This document shows, one piece after another, positions 42,501 to 54,500 of a DNA stretch of 64,000 nucleotides. This stretch comes from Lingula anatina (taxonomy: Eukaryota; Animalia; Brachiopoda). Where the stretch lies: the NCBI GenBank assembly GCA_051362555.1, contig CM120642.1:26164001-26228000 (forward strand), given 5' to 3'. The notes beneath the pieces were generated by a model. That model was not told the DNA's origin. It worked only from the letters and a program-made list of their open reading frames with translations, and did not search any database. Every line of letters starts with the position of its first letter. The first letter of the stretch is position 1. Position numbers and translations under genes: made by a program.

Positions 42501-45500
42501 TGACCTGCGTATTATGAATATTCATCAGTTCTGTAAGTTTCAAGTCAAAAGGTAAAATGGTTTTCCACTTATCGTGTTATCGGTGCTGCATATATGCTGA
42601 AAAAAGTGAAAAAACAGCATAAATTCCCTAAAAGTGACCCGATCATGCTGATTTTCGAACTTGACCTGCGTATTATGAATATTCATCAGTTCTGCAAGTT
42701 TCAAGTCAAAAGGTAAAATGGTTTTCCACTTATTGTGTTATCGGTAAAAGTGCACGGCGACGGCGACGACAGACGCAGATGATGGCTATATGTACAGACA
42801 CATCTGTGTCTGTACATAAAAAGTGGTCTAGTTGATAATAAATAGACAGAGCATTAAAATCTGACCGTGTACTTTGTTATTTGCACTGTCAGAACAATTA
42901 AATCTCTTGTACCTAAATTATACATTAATGCAAATGTCTGTATAGAAAATCTCCCTTTCTACCTTCTCAAAAAAGAACTAGGTAAATATAGGCTATAGTA
43001 CAAAAAAAGTTTGTGGAAGAAATTAGTTAATACGCAGTACAACATCAAATCAGTAATTTAGCTTTATATAATAGAGGAAATTCTTCATTTCAAATTGTAT
43101 GATTTTACTTCATTTATACTCAATGAGAAGGTGGACCAACACAATAAAATGAGCCCTTCAAGATTAAGCTTTCCTCACCATAAATGTATTGCCAGTGCCC
43201 TCTTCCAGTCCAAGGCCTCACAGGAGTTGACAGTGTAGTCAGAGGCCTGCCACACTGGGCAGCCTCCTAATGTACTGTAAACTCTGAGACGCTCTGGTTC
43301 TATATATTTGTCAGCCTGAAAAACCAAAGGAACAGATAGGAAATAGTTATCTTTTTATACTAGGATACCTGGATAATGAAAAAAAAGCTAGAAGAAATAT
43401 ATTAAAAGTCAGAATAAATTGGCATCGATTATTTCTGCTGCAAAGAAAGTTATAATACAACAAAAAGATGGTTTTGTCATCCTTACTGTTCAAGTCCCAT
43501 TTCATGCACTTGATCAAATTTAAGACAACTCTCATTTGCAGTCACCTTCATTTTGAAAATGCTTTCAAGACAAAAGAGATACAAATCTTATCTTTCAGAA
43601 AACAAAAGGTCCAAACAAATATCCATTCCAGCGCCCAAGCTACTTCTTTTCTTTTTCTTTCAGAATACTTGTTGTCACGACTGTCTCACCTTCATTTCTT
43701 CCCAATCACTCAACTGCTTTTTGATCATCTGCCTGGTCACATGACTGCCAGATGCCTGGCCCAATAGGAGGGCTAGCCTGTGGTCACCTGACTCCTGGGC
43801 CAGGGCACAGGCCTGGGAGATCTGACGACCACTAAGATGGCTGAAAATGTCTGCCAGGTGACCTGACGTCTGAAAATATGAATTTGTGGTGAATTAGTAA
43901 GGAAAACAATATTTTGAATAATTTAAAAAGAATATCCCCAGCCAACAGATGGCAGTGATATTTTAACAACTTCATTTTAATTTAAAAAAAAATAACTTAA
44001 AACAAGAGGACTTACTTTGAATTTGTTATCTTGGATTTCTTTTTTGATTGTCTGACTAGCGGCGTTAGCCAACCAATGTGAGAAAGCCTCTCTCCTTGCC
44101 ATGTGGTGTGCATACTCATCTGGCTTCACATCTGAAATGAACAAAAACACTTTTTTTACAAACTCTATGGGGCTGCATGTCATGCTTTTGTTCAACTCAG
44201 TAAAACTTCAGAAAAACACCCACTGAAAGATGTTCAGATAATATACTAGAACACTGTCCAATATTTAGGGTTTATTAACAAACTCGTACCTTCATCTTCT
44301 CCAAATTCTGCCAGTCTTCCCCAGAGAGCCACACACAGCTCCCAGACCAGACTGCCGTGGTGTACAGCATAAGCATCTGGGTGAGAACCTGAAACAATAG
44401 CAACAACAACAATAAAAGCATTTTGAACTACTGTGTCATTGTTTATAATAACTGATTGAAAAAAAACAACAGTTTTTACCACTATCTTTCATTGCACTTA
44501 AGCTCATACGTTTTATATGTTGGTGCAGCAGTGTTGTCTTCTGGGAGACTGTAATACAGTGAAGTGTGGTGTATTTGGTGTACCGAATTATGTCATGTGC
44601 AGGGCAGCAATGCAAAGAGTGAACTGCACTGCATTGTACTGTACTTAACTGCAGAGTAATGTGATGAGCACAGTACAGAGCTTTTTGCAAAAGAGGAGAG
44701 TGGTACAATATTATATAACTCACCTATACTGTCCCTCTCAGATGCTGCCTGTTTGGCATACTTATGTAGAGCCTCCACCCCCAGTCTAGGGGTAAAGATG
44801 GGGCACCCATTCTCAATGCCATGTTCTGAGTGCTCCAACTGAATCTCTAAGTATTTGATGTGATTTTCCTATATAAAATAATAGGGGAAATATCATGAAT
44901 GAAAATAACAGATTTTACAAAAGTAATTAAAAACCCTATGGCATACTCTTGTTATTTACACTGTCAGAACAATTAAATCTCCTTTACTCAAATTATAAAT
45001 TACTACAAATGCCTGTACAGAAATTCTATAAAAAGAACTAGTTCCTCAAAAGTGTGAACTTTCTTCTTTAACAAAAAAGACAGGATTGGTTGGCCTAAGT
45101 AAGAATGTCTTGCAATTATAACAATGATCTGAAAACACATCAATAAAGATAACAGTTAATTTTAATTTCACTATATTATCATATCAATATGAAATGCTAT
45201 AGAAAGAGGAAAACTGATCCACGTACTGTTAATGTTTTGTCCATTTCAGAAGCAAATGGTGTGACCTTCACTTTCTCTAAGGTTACAGTAAAGGGGGACT
45301 GGTCTGGCCAGGTTGGTGGTTTGCTGTCTGGGAGGATAGAAAACCTTTTGTCCTTTGTCTTCTCTGTAAAATAAATAAAAATGTTTGAATGTTTGGTTCT
45401 GTTTTATTTTCATACAAAAATGAATAACTACTAGCCATCTATTTCATTTGCATCTCTACTATCAATTTCATTCAAGTCTATCGACCATTTTTCATTATTT

Positions 45501-48500
45501 ATAATTTTCTTACTTTAGAAGATGGTTCAAGGTCATGTTTACTTTGTCTGTTGACAGCAGCTGATCTACTTCTTTGTTAACTCTAACAAGATTCTTTATT
45601 TCTCTTTTGAATTAACCATTCACATTCTGATACATGAAGCCATTTTTCATTTTCAAGGTGCAAGATTCTCTACAAGAGAGAGACTTTAATATTGGTACAG
45701 ATTATTAAAATACATACCTTGCCTCTGCTGTAACACTGGGGTCCCACAGTGCACCAGCACGCCATTTGGAGCCCAACCCACCCTGCATCCTCTCCCCATT
45801 ACTAACCCAGCATCCATAATCAGGTGCTGCTTGTTGTATAGGACTGACTCATGGAAAGCAGGCAGGGCGCGCTGGATCCGTGACCCGACAACTTTCCTTA
45901 CAGGCTCCTGCTGGGGCATTCCGCTGGGAATAAGCAGGTGCTCTGGTGCACTGGTCTCCATTAGGCTTTTACTGGGTTTTGATGGGAGAACTTTTGTGGA
46001 GAACACACCTGAAGAAAAATAAAATATTCTATTGCGTGAAATCAACTTCAGTTCCTGTCAAGTCAAAAGGTTTAAAGGCTCCAACATATGCATAAAACCT
46101 AATGACAAGGAGTCACAAGCGGGAACATTTAAGTCACACAATGACTACCCTCTGAATATTCTGCTCAGGATAAACAAAAACTTGTATAACAGAGCCCAGT
46201 GCACTATGTACTAGTATTAAAATAATCAGAAAGACATGTACATCTGAACTTAAGTCTTTTGAAATCACATTTTGCATTGTGAATTAAACATTGGTAAACT
46301 ATCTAAAATGCTTTATTTGGTAACTGGTTAAAAACAAAATATCCTGAACTGACCAGATCTCATCTGCTGCACCTTATCCCCAGTCACCAGGGGGCTCTGT
46401 GGTCTAGGTTCATATACAGATGCCCCAAGAAGACCTTTGCCTTCCTTTTGTCTGAACAGTGGTGAGGGTGTCCTGGTGTCACGACCGCCTTCACGTTTAA
46501 GAAGACCTGGGAACTGACTTGGGGAAGCTGAAAATTAAACTATGTATATAGAAAATGACACTATAAGCTGCACATCTGCTTTGCCAAACTTTGCATATTT
46601 GAGTTTTCATTTTATTTTTACATCTGTTTATCATTTTTACATCAGTGAAACAAGCTACTGAGAAAAAAAGATGTGCATGCCCTTTAAAATAAAAAAAAGT
46701 TCCTAATAAAAAAAGTTCCTAATAAACAGTACTTTTACTAAATGCTAAATGATAAGAAAATAATTAAATTGAATGTATGAGAAAATATTCTGAAAACTGT
46801 TCCAAATTCTTATCAATTTTCAATGCTTTCAAAAAGCATTTATGCAATTTCTTAGGAATACTTCTAAACACATACCAGGTACCCCTCCATCCCTCTCTTC
46901 CTCATCCATGAAGAAGGAGGCCTTCATAACCTGCATGCTCCTGGCATCCACTCCCAGGCTGGTGGCCAGGCGGTGCGATGATGGGGCCTCCATCACCTCT
47001 CCATCCATTGACTCATCTTCTCGCTCTAAATTTAAACATGTTGGCAAAGGTAAATTTTGGTAGTTAAGTTTTCTTGTGACTGTTGTGTTTCATATTACAG
47101 TCATGAGCCTAGATTTTTTTTTAAAAAAACCTCTTAACCACTTTTTATTGTAGATCTTGACAAATCTCAGGAACCATCAGAATTGAATTAAAAAATGTGG
47201 AATTTCACATTTCTGTGGAAAAAGCTCATGTCTGATATTATTTAATGAACCAAACAAAAACTCAAATCCAGATCATATATAAAGCCATCAAGGAAAATAA
47301 AGTATTAGCTTGTGTCAGACATTACTTCCACACAAATAGGAGTCCAACACAAGACTGCCAGAGGAATTATAAAATAGATAGCATAGAACTGATAAATGTG
47401 CAAATTTTTAAAGATCAATGTCTGACATCATGGCAGAAAGCTTGCTGAATTATAAAGCAAATGGTTCAAAACAACAATGACTGACATCTCAAAGCTTTTT
47501 TCCATGGTTTTGCAATTGAATGACATCATAATTAACAAACTGTAGTTTATTTCTTTGAAACATTAAAAGGACATAATCAATGGTTAAAATTGTCCCTACC
47601 ATGTTCTTGTCAAATAATTATTTTTAAAGTCTTATCAAAGTGTAAAAACAGATCCAAGTAATAGCACCCACCATCCATCTCATCACCCAAATCATCTGGA
47701 AACTTTTCATGCGTGATGTCGGCCATTACATCATCGTCGTCATCATCCTCTTCTCTCATTGGTCTTCTGTTTGCATCCAATGAAATAAAATCTTGCTCTT
47801 CATTTCGAAACTGCTGTTTTGATTTTAACTCTTGCAAATGAATGTGTTGCTTCTGAAAGGAAAAGAAAAAGGTTTTTCCAACCATACCCAAAATGCACTT
47901 TTCTTTTCACCTTTTTCAAACAATATCACTAACGACCCCTTACGTAAAAATTTGACAAATTCACATTCTCTCACAAGATTTTTCAAATACAAGCACTATC
48001 ACATAGTTTAAAAACAGCCATTTTCATAGTTCACTTAAATCCTCAGCACACTGGTTCATCCATACCTACTGATTAAACTTAATATAAAGCACAAACAGTG
48101 ATTCAATTTTCAAACACCTTTATTGGTCAAGCAGAGAAAAATTTCCAATTTGATCACAGAAATAGTTTATTGCACATAATTATGGTACAAAGCTGAAAGA
48201 TTTCCCAAAGAATTTAAATTCTGCAATGTGAGCTAAGCATATCACACCATTATTTCAAATAGTCAAGGATGACACTGATATCAGATCATATTGTGTCAGT
48301 TTTATGTTACTTTTCTGTTTCATGGCTTACAAGCCTTAAAACAATCCAAAAGACCTGCCCAAGAACATTTCTGTACTAAAGTTTAATTTCCTCTTCAGTT
48401 GGTCTTATTTCTTTAGGTTAATTGTTTATCTTATTACAATCTATCATTTCACAGTAAAATAAAATATCTCACTAAAATATTGGCAACTCTGATACAAGTA

Positions 48501-51500
48501 TAATGCTAAATCTAAAAACAGCATGCAAAATCTATAATTTTTTAATTAAAATAAGATACTGTACATGTTTGTATATATACATATATGCATTTTACAACTG
48601 CTTTCGAGTATAATCTTTTACTTTAACATAATAGGCTACATTTTTATTTTTTTATCTTTAACTTCCAAGTCAAAATCTCTAGTTTAGGTTACTTCATAGA
48701 AGCAATTTTACAAATCGCCACACTTAAATACTCTAAATTACTAGTCATATCTTCAAATTGCAAATGAACTTTACAATATATGTAGCAATATTAACATATT
48801 ATATGAGTAACTATATAATAACAGTAATTAACCAAAGCAAACTCAAACATTAAAATGTTCACTCCACCTCTTCAATACTATAATAAAATTTTATATTACA
48901 AATTATGACATAAAAAGTGCATTGTACCTTCTCTTTATTCCTTCATGCTTGTAGTACTGTCTGTGTCCGAGTGTGTGCGTGTGCACATACACACACATGC
49001 AAGTGTGTCTAAGGTCTGTGCTACATGATAATGATACAATATAATACATACAACCCACCACCTTCTTTCACACCACTGCTCCATCACAAAACATTTCACA
49101 TTTCATCAATAGTTATTAACATATTTTCACAAGAATTTTAGTACAAACATTGCACTCCCAATCATCACATTTAATCAGTTTTTTTTATCCTATCACATCT
49201 TTCAACTCCTGTGAAAATGCACAAATTCAGCATCAGACAGTTTCATCAATGGCAAACGCATCCTTGGAATCCATGTATCAGAAATGTTAACCCTATGGCG
49301 AAGGTTTATTTATTCAGCCATGTCCAATACAAGACCCTGGCCATGGGGAAGGCAACAGAGTAATGTATACGGTACATCAGCAGTTACAATCAATTCTGAA
49401 ATAAAAAGTGAGATGACTTGAGTATAGCGACTCTGGCTGTACACATGTGACCTTGACCTCTCCTCTCCATCTCTGTCAAGGTCACCTGATCTGCCTCCAC
49501 CTCCTGTTACCAACATTTTCAGCATTCAACTAAAACAATTCCTTTGGAATGAAAAATGTTTTTCATTTACTTAGGCTCTAAATCGGTCATATGTCATGTG
49601 AAGGGGTGGACAAGTCGTTGGAGTTGGACTTTTTAAATCAAATTTACAATGAAAGTTTTGTGTCCAAAAGTTTGTTTGGGTACCCAAATGAAGCAAGGCT
49701 GCTTTTACGTATTAGTAATAAACAAGAGGAATAACCGGTTTAGAGCCACTCCAATGCAACTTGAGCAAACTGTCCTTCTTCATTTCTACTAGAATATTCT
49801 ACTAGCACGTTCCCACCAGTCACTCCATTGTATACTCTGCTACTGCGTACCTGTACTTTAAGCTGCTGCTCCTGCTGTTCCTTCAAGAGCTCCAGCTGTT
49901 TCTTGTCTGCTGTCACCATGTCTTCATCATCAGATTCCTCAAGGAGGCCATACTTTGAGAAGTGCTTCACCTAAAACGAAGAATTTTGTATGAATAATAT
50001 AGAGTGGTTATTGATAAAGGTTTGAGGTAATTAACTTTTACCTCCTACTTCATCAGACAAGACTTGATATCCTGCAGCAGTGTTTTCAGCTACACCAATT
50101 GAAAAATTTGATCTTTTTTTCTTCATTACATTATACATAGACTCCTATGCTATATAATTTTTTGTAGTTATGCCCCCCCCCCTTATTTTTTTTCATTTTA
50201 CAATTAAAGCACAGTTTTCAATTATATATTTACATAATAATCATACCATTTCTCCAAAAGCCAACCATGCTTCCTTAGGCTTTGACATTTATAGTACAGT
50301 AAACCCCCCTCCTCTTTTTTCATTTGAAAATTAAAGCATACCTCAAACACCCAGGACCCAGTCTCAGGTCTATACTCTATAAACTTGGCACCTATTTTTG
50401 CAGTCGATATCTCCAGCTTGCGCTCATAGTTCATGATCTTCAGTCTGTCAGGACTCTAGAGAAAAAAGACAACAGAGTCTTTAAATTTTTGTACAGGCAA
50501 ATATGCCTAGTTCAAATAGCCATTTGAAAAAGTATACTTTTTCTTATTTTGCAATCTAGCAAACTGATTTTCACAAACTCTTAAAAGGCAAAACCAAATC
50601 TTCATCTATCTTTTTCATAAAGAAACCCAAGAATCAATCAGGGTTTTACTCAGGTATTTCTTCCAGACATTTTTTTCCATATGTATTAGAAATAGCAGAG
50701 ATATCAGTATCGGTTACCTTCACTGGAGAGTGGTCACTCTTGTCCACTGGCCACACACAGTCCAGTGTGACTTCAGCCTTCTTATTCAGCCCCTCTCCCA
50801 CAGGGGGCTTGTCATCGTCATCTGGATACACAGTCACCTCTTTACGACGGAAAAAAACTGAAAACAGAGAAGCAATAGGAGTATAGAAAAAGTTTTACAT
50901 AAGGCGAGATCATTCCAGAGCATAGCATTATTATACTGCTACATAGATTTTGATATCAACTTTTTGGGAAAAAAAACAACACAAACATATGCAGATTACC
51001 ATATTTGGGAATAAACTAAATTATTTTGAAAGTTTTAACAGTTTTTAATGCTTGTCCGAGTCTCCTGTACATCTATTTCAAACTATACTCTTAACTATTC
51101 TGGGCATTTTAAAGAAGAATATATCCACCACTACACAGCACATTTTTTTTACAAAATTTTAAACAACTTTCATTCAAAAAGATCACCACTCCCAAACCAC
51201 TCACCTATTTCATCCAAGTTCATATTGGCCACATCAGTTTCCCCTGGGAAGAAAACACTACCATATCCCTCTCTACCTATGGTGAAGTCTTCCACCACAC
51301 ATCTCCCCTCCCCGTCCACCATAGTGGCCAGTTCCTCCAGGGAGGGCACTGTGTAGTAGCCAGGGCGATGGAGCACTATCCCTGCTGGGTGGGGAGGGGG
51401 CTCAGAGTCATCCTGGGAATTAGATTGAGAGATGGATCACAAAACTGATTATAATTCTAAAAACTGAACATCTGAAATTTATTTCTAAAGCTGCATGATT

Positions 51501-54500
51501 CTAACTGTGGTACAAGTCGTGAGTACAATGGAAGTTTTTGTAGATAAAAGACATCATTAACAACACATTAAGCAATTGCAGCAAAAGTAACTATTACGTG
51601 AAGATGTTGTTTTTGTGAAGTTTTCTTTTTTTTTCTTTATTTTTTTACTTATTATTCATTAATGAATTCATCATCAAAATTAACTATTTTTATTTTGGAG
51701 ATAAAGGAAAAAAAATTAAAAGCAGGGCATGCTAACTGGATGAGGAGAAAGCATTAGTCGCTCACCTCACTGTCTTCCTCCTCCTCGCTCTCTCCGCCCG
51801 ATTCCACGTCTCTCTTCATGGCTTCAGCACTTTTGGCTGTATTCTTGGCATTCAGTGCTGCAATGGAGTCGTCCAGGCTTGGACGAGGTCCTGGGGTGTC
51901 ACCATTGACGTTCTTCATCTGCTGGGTTATTGGCTGGCTATTTTTAATGACAGAGGGCGTTGGGGTTTGCTCATCCTGGAGGCTGGAAAAAACAAAATAT
52001 TGCTATTTAAATTGCCATTCAAGTTCTTAAGAAAACCAATGGAAAATTTGCAAAAATAATTAAGCAGTGCTCATTTTCTTCAAATCATTTAAAGCATTTA
52101 GAAAAGTTTCAAATACTCGCAGCAAATCTTGCCAAAATAAATAAATAAATAAATAAATAAATTAATTAATTAATTAATTAATTAATTAATTAATTAATAA
52201 AGAATCAATAATAAATCAAAAAATCTTAAAATGATCAAAACCATAACTGATACTCAACACGCACCTTAGCCCATTCCTCGCACCCCCCAGTCTGAATGGA
52301 GAAGTCTGCTCTAGGTCCCCCTCTATCTGAGAGGAAGAACGACTCGGTGGACTTGATCCATTCCTGTTGTTCTTGATGACCAACTTCTTCACGCTGCGCC
52401 TGGGTACAAATGTGTCATTGCCAAATGTGCAATCTTCCTCCTCCAGTCCATCAAACAGCTGAGCCTGAAAAAATAATAATAATACATGCATAGTTCTTTA
52501 TCAAATTGAAATGAGTATTGGGTATATAGCTTTTGATATTAAATTTCTTTAAGGCCTGCCAAATCAAAGCCATTATCAAGTTTGAGTTACCAACAAAAAT
52601 CTCTGAATTCAAATAATTTTCATGCTTTTTTTAATGCATCGTTAAGCGCATTAAAATGTATTGAAGTTGGTCTTCCTCTGGAGATTCCACATATATTATA
52701 TAAAATCTTTCTGTCCTCCCAAGTCAAGAGCAATTGAACTCTACCAGCTAGACCTACGGGTATAATATTTTTTTAATGCATTCTATATCTATTGTTGGAC
52801 TTTAAAGAGTCCATTTCAACCACTTCTCTTTCTGGAGAAAGCAACAGAATACGGTGTGATTACAGTAATCAATCTAGAAGGTAAAAACTATATTTCCAAC
52901 TGAATAACTAAATGTTTTCATAAACCAAGCCCTACCTTTCCGTTGACCAAAGAATGCAGTGGTTTGGGTTTGATCTTTGCTGAAGGTCTGGAGCTAACTT
53001 TGTACTGTGAAGAGGTGTTCAGAGCTGCCTTCTGGGCCAGGGGGTTGGTCGGCTTCATATCTTCCCTCTTTGAAGGATCCTGTGGGTGAAAATTTCAAAG
53101 TATAAGCATTACTTTAAAGTTTATCTTGACGCAGAGCTCACTGTCAACATTTTTCATTTAAATCTAAAATTATGCATAGATATAAATATTACTTAATTAC
53201 AGAAATGTTAAACAAAATTTTCTCACCACAAAATTCTTAATATTAATGAGAAAACACATCCAGGGATTCTGTACAGCACATTACTAGGTACAGATTTTGT
53301 TCATAATTACTTACCAGTTTCAGATTTCGGAAAAGTGGAGAATCTCCATACGGGGCACTTGCCAGTGCCATCAACTGCTGTTGTATCTGTGCCTGCTGAG
53401 CAGCCAGAATAGCTGCATCTGTATTACTATGTGAGGAGAAAAGAACAGAGCTAATAATAAGTCCAAATGAAGTCGCAGTTTCATCAAATATTGAAAATGT
53501 AATGTTGAAAATACTTGGTTATTCACTTTGTTATGGAAATGTTATTGTTGTAAAGAAACCCAGAATTATTTGCACACACTAATTTTCTTTTTCTTTTTTT
53601 CAATGAGATTTATTTTCATGTATATGATGCATTTGATGAAAAGTTAACCTCACATCAATTGATCCAAACAATTCATCACTGATTTCTCATTTCCACAAGC
53701 ACAAGGCAAAATTTCAAAATTCCCTGTGAAAATGTCTTAAAAGTTAGCTCAATTACACATTTAACAGTATTTGCCCTATAAACCCAGTTTAGATTATTAT
53801 TAAGTACTGTATATCATAAACAGCATGAGCCTAATTACATACTCAACAGTGTTTGCCCCATAAATCCATAGACTCTGACAGCTGTAATTAAACACACCAT
53901 ATAACATTATTGTCATCTTTCCCCCTGAAACCTTTACCTAAATCAAATGAATGGAAGACACACACCCACATACAAACACACAGAGGTGGACATACCTTCC
54001 CAGTGTGGCTCCAGCTGTGGACAGTGTTGTGGTAGCCCCCAGACCACCCGTCTGGCCAAAGCCTGAAAATATACACACAATCTAAGCAATGCTAGGCAAT
54101 TACAAACAGTTTTCTTACTTACTTTTGGAAAAACAACAAAATCACAGCTTAAGTAGTACACTTCAATTTTTTCCTATTCAAATAAAAACTGTCATTCTCA
54201 AATCAATGGTACAATTTAATCGACATCCTTTAATTTGCCACTGAGACTTAGACCACATTTACAACTGCGTATTTAGTCCGCAGATCAAATATGGCCTACC
54301 CACTTGAATGCTTGTGGCACAATCCCCCCCCCCCCCCCCCCAGTCCCGCGTGAAATTAAGAGATTTGACAGCAAGCATGTAAGTGAGTCACCACATTTGA
54401 TCCTCAGACTAGTAAGTCCACTGTTGTGAATGAAGTCTTAAATTCATCTCTTCTTTCTGTCCATTACCTCCAAGGTTCAGACCAGTGCCAAAGGCCGGCT

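Noticed and set aside
42337-42543. ORF with a poly-Arg run
   Set aside because: It is the translation of the (CGACGG)n microsatellite inside the HINE-like element.
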